Part shown: positions 50,979-60,521 of the stretch, one piece after another
Numbering within the stretch: position 1 is the first letter of the stretch
Layout of the letters: each line of letters begins with the position of its first letter
Assembly: GCA_963629085.1 (NCBI GenBank)
Contig: CAVGHS010000001.1
Coordinates: forward strand, 12,222 to 76,221
Source: a bacterium
GTDB lineage: Bacteria > Bacillota > Clostridia > Lachnospirales > Lachnospiraceae
DNA length: 64,000 bases
Direction: 5' to 3'
Notes under the pieces: model-generated
What the model was told of the DNA's origin: nothing
Database searches by the model: none
Seen by the model: the letters and a program-made list of their open reading frames with translations, nothing else
Program-made: the position numbers and the translations under genes

Positions 50979-52361
50979 TTGGAAAGAGCAAATGCATGGA
51001 AAAAATATCAGGAAGAGGACAAGCGTCAGGCAGTCTATGATTTCGCAGACGGCTACCGCGAGTTCTTATCAGACCATAAGACCGAAAGAGAGTGCGCAGC
51101 ATTCTTTGAGGCAGAGGCAAAGCAGGCAGGTTTTGAAGATCTGGATGATGTCATCGCTTCCGGCAAGACCTTAAAGGCAGGCGACAAGGTCTATGCTATC
51201 AACAAGAAAAAGATGGTGGCTGCCTTTGTGATCGGTAAGCGTCCGCTTTCCGATGGTATGCGTATTTTGGGCGCACATATCGATTCTCCAAGACTGGATC
51301 TCAAACAGAATCCATTATACGAAGATACCGATATGGCACTTTTAGATACCCACTATTATGGTGGAGTCAAGAAATATCAGTGGGTGACCCTGCCGCTGGC
51401 ACTGCATGGTGTGATCGTCAAAAAAGACGGCAGTGTCATCAATGTATGTGTTGGTGAAAAGGACGAGGATCCGGTATTTGGTGTCAGCGATCTTTTGATC
51501 CATCTTTCCGCAGAGCAGATGGAGAAGAAGGCATCCAAGGTGATCGAGGGAGAAGACCTCAATGTGCTTGTGGGAAGTATTCCGGTAGAGAGCAAAGAAG
51601 AAAAAGAATGTGTCAAGGCAAATGTCCTTCGTATTTTGGCAGAACAGTATGACATTGAAGAAGAAGATTTCCTGTCTGCTGAGATCGAGGTCGTACCGGC
51701 TGGAAAGGCAAGAGATTACGGTTTTGACCGTTCTATGATCATGGGCTATGGTCATGATGACAGAGTATGTGCTTATCCTTCTTTCAAGGCGATCGCAGAG
51801 GTTTCGGATGTGGAATACACCAGTGTCTGCCTTTTGGTAGACAAGGAAGAGATCGGATCTGTCGGCGCGACCGGTATGGAATCCCGTTTCTTTGAAAATA
51901 CAGTAGCAGAGGTCATGGCATTGACCGGTCAGACTTCTGAGTTGTTGTTGCGCCGGGCATTGCGTAATTCCAAGGTCTTATCTTCGGATGTCAGTGCAGC
52001 CTATGATCCAAACTATCCGTCTGTGATGGAAAAGAAAAATGCGGCTTACTTTGGCAGAGGTCTTGTCTTTAATAAGTACACAGGATCACGCGGTAAGTCC
52101 GGTTCCAATGATGCCAGTGCAGAATATATGGCTGAGATGCGTAGAGTTATGGATGATGCGGATGTATCTTTCCAGACAGCCGAACTTGGCAAGGTAGATG
52201 CCGGTGGCGGCGGAACCATCGCCTATATTTTAGGAAATCTGGATATGCAGGTCATCGACAGTGGTGTGGCAGTACTCAACATGCACGCACCATGGGAGAT
52301 CATCAGCAAGGTGGATCTCTACGAAGCATATAAGGGATATGTAGCATTTTTGCACAATTAA
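50979..52361 (+). CDS. M18 family aminopeptidase
   Basis: GAHIDSPRLD, HDDRVC, DKEEIGS, SSDV, MHAPWE; TTG start 8 nt after AAGGAG. Confidence 0.92.
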   Translation: MERANAWKKYQEEDKRQAVYDFADGYREFLSDHKTERECAAFFEAEAKQAGFEDLDDVIASGKTLKAGDKVYAINKKKMVAAFVIGKRPLSDGMRILGAHIDSPRLDLKQNPLYEDTDMALLDTHYYGGVKKYQWVTLPLALHGVIVKKDGSVINVCVGEKDEDPVFGVSDLLIHLSAEQMEKKASKVIEGEDLNVLVGSIPVESKEEKECVKANVLRILAEQYDIEEEDFLSAEIEVVPAGKARDYGFDRSMIMGYGHDDRVCAYPSFKAIAEVSDVEYTSVCLLVDKEEIGSVGATGMESRFFENTVAEVMALTGQTSELLLRRALRNSKVLSSDVSAAYDPNYPSVMEKKNAAYFGRGLVFNKYTGSRGKSGSNDASAEYMAEMRRVMDDADVSFQTAELGKVDAGGGGTIAYILGNLDMQVIDSGVAVLNMHAPWEIISKVDLYEAYKGYVAFLHN

Positions 52362-52402
52362 TATCTGACGGTTTATTATTTGACCATGGAGGAAAATAAA
52401 GA

Positions 52403-53296
52403 ATGGAAATCAAAAAGGAATTTCCACATATCAACTTTTTAGAAAAAGAGCCTATGAGCCGCCATACCACTTTTCGGATTGGCGGCCCAGCAGGGCTTTT
52501 TGCGTCTGTACAGGTCGCAGATGTTGTACCTCTGCTGGCATATTGCAAGGCACATGTCATCCCGGTCACCATCCTAGGCAATGGCAGCAATGTCTTAGTG
52601 GCAGACCAGGGGATCGAGGGACTTGTCCTTTCCTTCGGCAAGGAGGCATCCGCCATCACTGTCGAGGGAGATAAGATCCGGGCGGAGGCAGGAGCACTCT
52701 TATCCCAGGTAGCCAGTGCAGCCTTAGAGCATGGACTGGGAGGACTGGCTTTTGCGGCAGGGATCCCGGGTACGATCGGCGGAGCGGTATGCATGAATGC
52801 CGGCGCTTATGGCGGAGAAATGAAGGATGTCCTGCAAGAAGTCAGAGTCCTGCGCCCGAATGGCAGGATCGAGGACTGGTCGGCAGAAGATCTGGATCTT
52901 TCTTACAGGCACAGCCGTATGATGGAAGAAGGTGCCATTGTCCTGTCGGCTACCATGAAACTGCACCCGCAGGATGCAGGACAGATCAAGGCAGAGATGG
53001 ATGATTACAGAGCCAGACGACAGGCAAAGCAGCCATTGGAATACCCGAGCGCGGGATCGACCTTTAAGCGGCCGGAGGGCTATTTTGCGGGCAAGCTCAT
53101 CATGGATGCCGGACTGGCAGGTTATCGTGTCGGTGGCGCCGCAGTTTCTGACAAGCATTGTGGTTTTGTAGTCAATCTGGGAGGCGCGACGGCGGCAGAC
53201 GTACAAAAACTGATGCAGGATGTGGCAGACCGGGTCTATGCAGAGTTTGGTGTCCACTTAGAGCCGGAAGTGAGATTTGTAGGAAAGTTTTCATAG
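52403..53296 (+). CDS. murB: UDP-N-acetylmuramate dehydrogenase
   Basis: HTTFRIGG, GNGSN, GIPGTIGG..MNAGAYG, PSAGSTFKRP. Confidence 0.96.
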   Translation: MEIKKEFPHINFLEKEPMSRHTTFRIGGPAGLFASVQVADVVPLLAYCKAHVIPVTILGNGSNVLVADQGIEGLVLSFGKEASAITVEGDKIRAEAGALLSQVASAALEHGLGGLAFAAGIPGTIGGAVCMNAGAYGGEMKDVLQEVRVLRPNGRIEDWSAEDLDLSYRHSRMMEEGAIVLSATMKLHPQDAGQIKAEMDDYRARRQAKQPLEYPSAGSTFKRPEGYFAGKLIMDAGLAGYRVGGAAVSDKHCGFVVNLGGATAADVQKLMQDVADRVYAEFGVHLEPEVRFVGKFS

Positions 53297-53327
53297 TCGC
53301 ATAGACACATGCAGGAGGCGATGAAGC

Positions 53328-54203
53328 ATGAAATTACTGATATTAACCGGAATGTCCGGTGCGGGAAAGTCGACGGCATTCAAGATGTTGGAGGATCTGG
53401 GCTACTATTGTGTGGACAATCTGCCTATCCCTCTGCTCAAAAGTTTTATCGACTTGTCGGAACAGCCTTCCGCCAAGGAGCAGAAACTGGTGGTCGGTAT
53501 CGACATCCGAAGCGGTGAGTCCTTACATCTTTTGCAGTCGGTCTTATCCGAACTCAGACAGGATGGCAAGAAATACAGCATCCTCTTTCTGGATGCGGAG
53601 GATGATGTCTTAGTCAAGCGTTATAAGGAGACCAGGCGTAATCATCCCCTGTCCGGAACGGAGCGTATTCAGGCAGGCATCATCAAGGAGCGGGCGGCGA
53701 TCGGCTTTTTAAAAGAAGAGGCGGATTATATCATTGACACTTCCCATCTTCTGACGCGGGAATTAAAAGAAGAACTGCAAAAGATCTTTGTCCGGGAAGA
53801 GGACTTCCGCAGTCTTTTTGTGACGGTCATGTCCTTTGGCTTTAAGTACGGCATACCGGCAGACGCAGATCTGGTCTTTGATGTGCGTTTTTTGCCAAAT
53901 CCCTACTATATTGCAGAATTAAGACCAAAGACCGGCAATGATATCGAGATCCAGAAGTTCGTGATGGGCTATGAGGAGTCCCATATCTTTTTGGATAAAC
54001 TGGTAGATATGATCGAGTTTTTGATCCCCAATTACATAAAAGAGGGCAAGAACCAGTTGGTGATCGCCATTGGCTGTACCGGTGGAAAACACCGCTCGGT
54101 CACACTGGCAAACAAACTGCATGAGCGTTTGCTGGATGAGGATGCGATCGGGGTCAAGATCGAACACCGTGATATCGGAAAAGATGCGTTGCGTGGGAAG
54201 TAG
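53328..54203 (+). CDS. rapZ: RNase adapter RapZ/YvcJ
   Basis: TGMSGAGKS, VDNLP, SFGFKYG, DVRFLPNP, GCTGGKHRSV. Confidence 0.95.
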   Translation: MKLLILTGMSGAGKSTAFKMLEDLGYYCVDNLPIPLLKSFIDLSEQPSAKEQKLVVGIDIRSGESLHLLQSVLSELRQDGKKYSILFLDAEDDVLVKRYKETRRNHPLSGTERIQAGIIKERAAIGFLKEEADYIIDTSHLLTRELKEELQKIFVREEDFRSLFVTVMSFGFKYGIPADADLVFDVRFLPNPYYIAELRPKTGNDIEIQKFVMGYEESHIFLDKLVDMIEFLIPNYIKEGKNQLVIAIGCTGGKHRSVTLANKLHERLLDEDAIGVKIEHRDIGKDALRGK

Positions 54204-54212
54204 GAGGTTTCC

Positions 54213-55109
54213 ATGTCCTTTTCAGCAGAAGTAAAAAAGGAATTGAGCCAGCATATCGACGGAAGCAGGCATTGCAGACTGGCGGAATTGGCGGCAATTA
54301 TCAGTCATGAGGGAAAACTTTTGACACAGGGGAACAAGACCTTTCTTTCCATGGAATCGGAAAACCCTCTGGTGCAAAAAAAGTACTTTACTTTATTAGA
54401 TAAAACAACTAATATATCTGAATATGGGGCTTCTTTGGAGGAGCAGGACGCAAAAGATGTCCTGACCATGGTCAAGATGTATAAAGAGAGAGAGGATGGT
54501 GTATCCATCCGCATGGATGTGGTAGACGGGCTGTTGTTGCAGCAGACCTGCTGTCGTCGCGCCTTTATACGAGGTGCCTTTCTGGCGGCCGGATCCATCA
54601 GTGACCCCAACAAGAATTACCACTTTGAAATCGTTTGTAAGACAAGCCCACAGGCTTTGCAGTTGCAGGAGATTATGAAGGGTTTTGCAGTGGATGCAAA
54701 GATAGTAGAGCGAAAGAGACATTACGTGGTTTACTTGAAAGAAGGCGCTCAGATTGTTGACATGTTAAATGTCATGGGAGCCCATGTGGCTTTGATGGAT
54801 CTGGAAAATGTCCGGATCCTGAAGGAAATGAGAAATTCTGTTAATCGAAAGGTGAATTGCGAGACGGCGAATATCACAAAGACAGTCAGTGCGGCTGTCA
54901 GACAGGTGGAAGATATCCAGTGGATCGAACAGACCAGAGGGCTTGGCTCTTTGCCGGACAGTCTCAGAGAGATCGCAGAGGTACGGTTGGAACATCCGGA
55001 TATGCCGCTCAAGGATCTGGGACAGTTGCTGGATCCGCCACTTGGAAAGTCGGGCGTCAATCACCGCCTGCGACGTATTAGCGAGATCGCAGACCGGCAT
55101 AGGGGATAG
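54213..55109 (+). CDS. whiA: DNA-binding protein WhiA
   Basis: MSFSAEVKKEL, RGAFLAAGS..P, NRKVNCETAN, KSGVNHRL. Confidence 0.95.
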   Translation: MSFSAEVKKELSQHIDGSRHCRLAELAAIISHEGKLLTQGNKTFLSMESENPLVQKKYFTLLDKTTNISEYGASLEEQDAKDVLTMVKMYKEREDGVSIRMDVVDGLLLQQTCCRRAFIRGAFLAAGSISDPNKNYHFEIVCKTSPQALQLQEIMKGFAVDAKIVERKRHYVVYLKEGAQIVDMLNVMGAHVALMDLENVRILKEMRNSVNRKVNCETANITKTVSAAVRQVEDIQWIEQTRGLGSLPDSLREIAEVRLEHPDMPLKDLGQLLDPPLGKSGVNHRLRRISEIADRHRG

Positions 55110-55120
55110 GAGGAACAATC

Positions 55121-55369
55121 GTGAGAAAAAACGTAACAATCAATATGACAGACAGCATGGAGTCTACACCAATCGCTCATCTGGTGCAGTTGGCAAATCA
55201 GTTTTCCAGCAGTATCTATTTTGAGATGGATACCAAGAAGGTCAATGCCAAGAGTATCATGGGAATGATGAGTTTAGTCCTTACAGCAGGCGATGTCGTT
55301 ACGATCGATGCAGAGGGCGATGATGAAGCAAAGGCAGTCGATGAGATCGAAAAGTTTTTGACAAAGTAG
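55121..55369 (+). CDS. HPr-family protein lacking the His15 phospho-acceptor (Crh-like)
   Basis: VNAKSIMG (Ser46 motif) retained; SMESTP aligns to GxHARP. Confidence 0.85.
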   Translation: MRKNVTINMTDSMESTPIAHLVQLANQFSSSIYFEMDTKKVNAKSIMGMMSLVLTAGDVVTIDAEGDDEAKAVDEIEKFLTK

Positions 55370-55379
55370 GATTTTTAGC

Positions 55380-56267
55380 ATGAGCAAACGAGTTTTATTT
55401 TTGTTTAATCCGCGTTCCGGCAAAGGCAAGATAAAAGAAAATCTCGCAGACATCATAGATGTGATGGTAAAAGCCGGATATGAAGTGACGGTCTACACGA
55501 CACAGAGTGCAGGTGATGCCGTGCAAAAAGCGCGCGCGGAGGCTGGCAATTATGACAGGATCATCTGTAGTGGCGGAGACGGCACGTTAGATGAGGTCGT
55601 TACCGGTGTTATGGGATCCGGAATTTCGGTGCCGATCGGTTATATTCCTGCCGGAAGTACCAATGATTTTGGCAATTCTTTGGGGATTGGATCGGATATG
55701 GTACAGGCGGCACATATTGCTGCGGAGGGAAGACCTTTCCCTTGTGATGTGGGCAAATTTAATGAGGATTATTTTGTCTATGTTGCAGCCTTTGGTATCT
55801 TTACTGAGGTGAGTTACCAGACCAGTCAGGATCTCAAGAATATGTTAGGACACGCTGCCTATATTTTAGAGGGAGCCAAGCAGATCTGGGATATTCCGTC
55901 TTACCGTATGCAGGTAGAGTATGACGGCAATGTCTTATATGATGAATTTATCTATGGTATGGTGACTAATTCTATGTCTGTAGGCGGCTTTAAAGGAATT
56001 ATTCCGGGCAATATCGCTTTGGATGACGGCGTGTTTGAAGTGACTTTGATCAAGACACCGAAGAACCCGATCGAACTCAATGATATCGTTCGCTTTTTGA
56101 CAGGGATTTCCAAGGATTCCAACCAGGTTTATTCTTTCCAGACCAACTTCTTAAAACTGACCAGCAGCGAAGAGGTGGCATGGACTCTGGACGGTGAGTA
56201 CGGTGGTGACCACAATGTCGTAGCCATCAGCGACTGCAAGCAGGGAATGGAAATTACTGTTGAATAG
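55380..56267 (+). CDS. Diacylglycerol/lipid kinase family (YegS/DgkB-like)
   Basis: NPRSG, GGDGT, PAGSTNDF, LDGE. Confidence 0.92.
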   Translation: MSKRVLFLFNPRSGKGKIKENLADIIDVMVKAGYEVTVYTTQSAGDAVQKARAEAGNYDRIICSGGDGTLDEVVTGVMGSGISVPIGYIPAGSTNDFGNSLGIGSDMVQAAHIAAEGRPFPCDVGKFNEDYFVYVAAFGIFTEVSYQTSQDLKNMLGHAAYILEGAKQIWDIPSYRMQVEYDGNVLYDEFIYGMVTNSMSVGGFKGIIPGNIALDDGVFEVTLIKTPKNPIELNDIVRFLTGISKDSNQVYSFQTNFLKLTSSEEVAWTLDGEYGGDHNVVAISDCKQGMEITVE

Positions 56268-56330
56268 ATTTATAAATTGAGATATAATGTCTCATGGAGT
56301 GAAATTATATAGAAGAATGGAGGAACCGCT

Positions 56331-57194
56331 ATGTTGGTATCTGCAAAAGAGATGTTGGACAAGGCTAAGGCTGGACATTACGCAGTAGGTCAGTTCAATA
56401 TCAATAACTTAGAATGGACAAAGGCTGTATTGTTGACTGCGCAGGAGTTAAATTCCCCTGTTATCTTAGGTGTATCTGAGGGTGCCGGAAAGTACATGAC
56501 CGGGTACAAGACAGTCGCAGCAATGGTAAAGGCAATGATCGAGGAATTGGAAATCACAGTTCCGGTTGCATTGCATTTGGATCATGGTAGTTATGAAGGA
56601 TGTTTGAAGTGTGTTGAGGCAGGCTTCTCATCTATTATGTTTGATGGTTCTCATTATGCAATCGATGAGAACGTTGCAAAGACAACAGAGTTGGTTGCTC
56701 TTGCACATAGCAAGGGAATGTCTATCGAAGCCGAAGTAGGATCTATCGGTGGCGAGGAAGACGGTGTTATCGGCATGGGTGAATGTGCTGATCCTAAGGA
56801 ATGTAAAGCAATCGCTGATCTTGGTGTTGATATGCTTGCAGCAGGTATCGGTAATATCCATGGTAAGTACCCTGCAAACTGGGCTGGTCTTAGTTTTGAG
56901 ACTTTGGATGCTATCCAGCAGTTGACAGGAGATATGCCACTGGTTCTTCATGGTGGAACAGGTATTCCGGATGACATGATCAAGAAGGCAATCTCACTTG
57001 GTGTTGCCAAGATCAATGTAAATACAGAGTGTCAGTTATCTTTTGCAGCAGCAACAAGAGAATACATCGAGGCTGGCAAGGATCTGGAAGGCAAGGGCTT
57101 TGATCCTAGAAAACTTCTCTTACCTGGAACAGAAGCCATCAAGGCAACTGTAAAAGAGAAGATGGAACTGTTTGGTTCTGTAAATAGAGCTTAA
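56331..57194 (+). CDS. fba: Class II fructose-1,6-bisphosphate aldolase
   Basis: HLDHG, MFDGSH, EAEVG, GNIHG, VLHGGTG, KINVNT. Confidence 0.97.
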   Translation: MLVSAKEMLDKAKAGHYAVGQFNINNLEWTKAVLLTAQELNSPVILGVSEGAGKYMTGYKTVAAMVKAMIEELEITVPVALHLDHGSYEGCLKCVEAGFSSIMFDGSHYAIDENVAKTTELVALAHSKGMSIEAEVGSIGGEEDGVIGMGECADPKECKAIADLGVDMLAAGIGNIHGKYPANWAGLSFETLDAIQQLTGDMPLVLHGGTGIPDDMIKKAISLGVAKINVNTECQLSFAAATREYIEAGKDLEGKGFDPRKLLLPGTEAIKATVKEKMELFGSVNRA

Positions 57195-57209
57195 TATTTT
57201 TGATGGTAC

Positions 57210-57251
57210 AAAGGTGTTCCGTATGTGTTTTTCATAGCGGGGCACCTTTTT
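57210..57251 (+). terminator. Intrinsic terminator after fba
   Basis: AAAGGTGTTCCG...CGGGGCACCTTTTT. Confidence 0.7.
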
Positions 57252-57339
57252 GCTTATAAATAGTATGATTTATCAGATTTTTATGATATATTTGATAGAG
57301 TTGTGCTACAAGTGAAAGAAACAAGGAAGGAAAAGTATT

Positions 57340-59460
57340 ATGAAAGAACAGGAATATTTCAACGTTGCTGATATCTTTGGCGAGAATGTCTTTAATGATT
57401 CTGTGATGCATGAGCGTCTGCCAAAGAAAACATATCAGAAGATGAAAGAGGTCATCAGTCAGGGCAGAGAATTGGACCCTGAGACAGCAGATGTCGTTGC
57501 ACATGAGATGAAGGAATGGGCGATTGAAAAGGGTGCAACACACTTTACCCATTGGTTCCAGCCACTTACCGGTGTGACAGCAGAAAAGCATGATTCTTTT
57601 ATCAGTGCGCCGATGTCCAACGGCAAGGTACTTATGAGTTTTTCCGGAAAGGAACTCATCAAGGGCGAACCGGATGCTTCTTCGTTCCCATCCGGCGGTC
57701 TGCGTGCTACTTTTGAGGCGCGTGGTTATACAGCATGGGATTGTACTTCTCCGGCTTTTGTCAGACAGGATGCCGCAGGTGCTACTCTTTGTATCCCGAC
57801 TGCATTTTGTTCTTATACAGGCGAGGCTCTGGATCAGAAGACACCGCTTCTTCGTTCCATGGAAGCTGTTTCCAAGCAGTCTGTCCGTCTGCTCCGTTTG
57901 TTTGGCAATACCACTTCACAGAGAGTTATGCCATCGGTTGGTGCAGAGCAGGAATACTTTATCGTAGACCGCGCCAAGTATTTACAGCGTAAGGATCTGG
58001 TCTACACCGGACGTACCCTTTTTGGTGCTATGCCGCCAAAGGGACAGGAAATGGACGACCATTATTTTGGCGCTATCCGTGAGCGTATCGCTGCTTATAT
58101 GCGTGATGTCAATATTGAATTGTGGAAATTGGGTGTATCTTCCAAGACCCAGCACAATGAGGTGGCACCGGCACAGCACGAACTGGCACCAATCTATGCC
58201 GAGGCAAATGTGGCAGTGGATCACAACCAGCTCATTATGGAGACTTTGAAAAAGGTAGCCGGACGTAACGGTTTACAGTGCCTGCTTCATGAGAAGCCGT
58301 TTGCGGGCGTCAATGGTTCCGGTAAGCACAATAACTGGTCACTGGTTACCGATGACGGTATCAACCTTTTGGAACCGGGCAAGACTCCGCATGACAATAT
58401 CCAGTTTTTGCTGGTTCTGGCATGTATCCTGCGTGCGGTAGATGAGCATGCAGATCTTTTGCGTGAGTCTGCTGCGGATGTAGGAAATGATCACAGATTG
58501 GGAGCAAACGAGGCACCACCTGCCATTATCTCTGTATATCTGGGCGAGCAGTTGCAGGACGTATTGACGCAGTTGATCGATACCGGAGCGGCAACACATT
58601 CGATTTCCGGTGTCAAGTTGGAAACAGGTGTTAAGACTTTACCGGATTTTATGAAAGATGCTACGGATCGTAACCGTACATCACCGTTTGCCTTTACAGG
58701 AAATAAATTTGAGTTCCGTATGGTCGGTTCCCAGGATTCTGTGGGCGAGCCGAATATCGTACTGAATACCATCATTGCAGAAGCATTTGCGGATGCCTGC
58801 GATATCTTAGAGAAGGCAGATGATTTTGATCTCGCAGTACATGATCTGATCAAGCAGTTGATGACAGACCACCAGCGCATCGTATTTAACGGCAACGGTT
58901 ATTCGGATGCCTGGGTAGAGGAGGCTGAAAGACGTGGACTTCCAAATATCAAGTCTATGGTAGAGGCAATCCCGGCACTTACCACAGACAAGGCAATAGC
59001 CCTGTTTGAGCGTTTTGGCGTATTTACCAAGGCAGAATTGGAATCCCGTGCAGAAGTCGAGTACGAACTTTATGCAAAGGAGATCAATATCGAGGCTAAG
59101 ACCATGATCGATATTGCCGGCAAGCAGATCATTCCTGCAGTCATCAAGTATGCAACAGAACTTGGTACTTCCATCAACACGATCAAGGCTGCCTGCGATG
59201 CGGATGTCAGTGTACAGACCGAACTTCTGGTAGAGGTTTCTGACTTGCTGGCTGATACTAAGGTGGCACTTGCCAAGTTACAGGAAGTAGTTGCAGAGGG
59301 ACTTACCATGGAGGAGAATGAATCCAGAGCCAGGTTCTATCATGATCAGGTATTCAAGGCAATGGAAGAATTGCGTGCGCCGGTCGATCAGTTGGAAATG
59401 CTGGTAGACAAGGAAGCATGGCCAATGCCTTCATATGGTGATCTGATCTTCGAGGTATAA
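57340..59460 (+). CDS. glnA: Glutamine synthetase type III
   Basis: THWFQPLTG.TAEKHDSF, GEPDASSFPSGGLR, HEKPFAGVNGSGKH, DRNRTSPFAFTGNKFEFR; 706 aa. Confidence 0.95.
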   Translation: MKEQEYFNVADIFGENVFNDSVMHERLPKKTYQKMKEVISQGRELDPETADVVAHEMKEWAIEKGATHFTHWFQPLTGVTAEKHDSFISAPMSNGKVLMSFSGKELIKGEPDASSFPSGGLRATFEARGYTAWDCTSPAFVRQDAAGATLCIPTAFCSYTGEALDQKTPLLRSMEAVSKQSVRLLRLFGNTTSQRVMPSVGAEQEYFIVDRAKYLQRKDLVYTGRTLFGAMPPKGQEMDDHYFGAIRERIAAYMRDVNIELWKLGVSSKTQHNEVAPAQHELAPIYAEANVAVDHNQLIMETLKKVAGRNGLQCLLHEKPFAGVNGSGKHNNWSLVTDDGINLLEPGKTPHDNIQFLLVLACILRAVDEHADLLRESAADVGNDHRLGANEAPPAIISVYLGEQLQDVLTQLIDTGAATHSISGVKLETGVKTLPDFMKDATDRNRTSPFAFTGNKFEFRMVGSQDSVGEPNIVLNTIIAEAFADACDILEKADDFDLAVHDLIKQLMTDHQRIVFNGNGYSDAWVEEAERRGLPNIKSMVEAIPALTTDKAIALFERFGVFTKAELESRAEVEYELYAKEINIEAKTMIDIAGKQIIPAVIKYATELGTSINTIKAACDADVSVQTELLVEVSDLLADTKVALAKLQEVVAEGLTMEENESRARFYHDQVFKAMEELRAPVDQLEMLVDKEAWPMPSYGDLIFEV

Positions 59461-59550
59461 AAGATCTTATAGAAAAAGACGGATCGAGAGGAATGTGTCT
59501 ATTCCGATCGTATCCGTTTTTTTATGCCCTTGTATATGAAAAATGGAAAT

Positions 59551-59579
59551 AAAAAAAGAACTTCGTAAAGAAGTTCTTG
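59551..59579 (-). terminator. Intrinsic terminator downstream of the tRNA
   Basis: Minus strand AAGAACTTC-tttac-GAAGTTC-TTTTTTT. Confidence 0.75.
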
Positions 59580-59582
59580 AAA

Positions 59583-59654
59583 CTGGCCCACAAGGATTCG
59601 AACCTTGAAATGACGGAGTCAGAGTCCGTTGCCTTACCATTTGGCGATGGGCCA
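59583..59654 (-). tRNA. tRNA-Gln (anticodon CTG), CCA not encoded
   Basis: TGGCCCA acceptor stem, D-arm GCCAAATGGTAAGGC, ACGGA-CTCTGAC-TCCGT, GGTTCGAATCC. Confidence 0.96.
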
Positions 59655-59724
59655 TTATATTGTATGAGCGACTTGTCTAACAGCAACTCAACAATGAACA
59701 TTATATAGAAGGTGAAAAGAAAAA

Positions 59725-60387
59725 TCAAGCCTTTTTTTCAAAAATTATAATTTTTTCTGCATCGTAGCCATAGCGGACGTGGGAACCCCAGGAAAGATGG
59801 GCATTTCCGTTGGTTGCATTGGCAATCTCAGTCGGCAGGCTTTCGTAAAGACCGGCATCAACAACGACTTCCAGACGGACGTCCGCAGCAAATTCGCTGG
59901 TTGAAACAGGTACTTGGTGTTGACGCAGCAGATAGTCGATCTTGCCGTAGGCATTGTAGTCGCTGGTGATGGTAAGTTCGCGCCCGAGACGCTGTTCGAC
60001 CAGGACGCTGGCATCCAAGCCTGCCTTGGTGGCTCCCTGATAAGCGCGCACCAAGCCACCGGTGCCCAGTAGGACACCGCCGAAATATCTGGTCACAACG
60101 ACAACGATATTGTAGACAGAGGCGGAAAGAAGCACATCGAGCATAGGCCGTCCGGCGGTCTGCGCCGGTTCGCCGTCATCGGAACAACGCATAATTTCCT
60201 GTTTGCTGCCAATGATATAAGCATAGCAGTTATGCCGTGCATCCCAGTATTCCTTTTTCTTGGCGGCAATGAAATCCAGTGCCTCTTCTTCCGTTGCAAC
60301 AGGCGCGACATTTGCGATAAAACGGGATTTTTTTTCAACGATCTCGCCCACGCCGCCCTGATATAATATTTTCGTGCATTCTGCCAT
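59725..60387 (-). CDS. yigZ: YigZ/IMPACT family protein
   Basis: EKKSRFI, ARHNCYAY, SDDGEP..TAG, VTRYFGGVLLGTGGLVRAY. Confidence 0.92.
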   Translation of the reverse strand: MAECTKILYQGGVGEIVEKKSRFIANVAPVATEEEALDFIAAKKKEYWDARHNCYAYIIGSKQEIMRCSDDGEPAQTAGRPMLDVLLSASVYNIVVVVTRYFGGVLLGTGGLVRAYQGATKAGLDASVLVEQRLGRELTITSDYNAYGKIDYLLRQHQVPVSTSEFAADVRLEVVVDAGLYESLPTEIANATNGNAHLSWGSHVRYGYDAEKIIIFEKKA

Positions 60388-60521
60388 GACTGTCTCTCCC
60401 ATACATTTTTCTTTATTATATATGAAGTTTTTGGTATAATAAAGAAGGTTTGTTTAAATTCTGATCAATACCCTCGCCTGTATATAGTTTGGGACAGGCG
60501 TGGTAAGTAAAGGAGAACGAT

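Noticed and set aside
59583..59654. tRNA-Gln as an integration site, or functionally linked to the adjacent glutamine synthetase
   Set aside because: No duplicated tRNA 3' end or integrase seen; the genes are convergent and separately terminated
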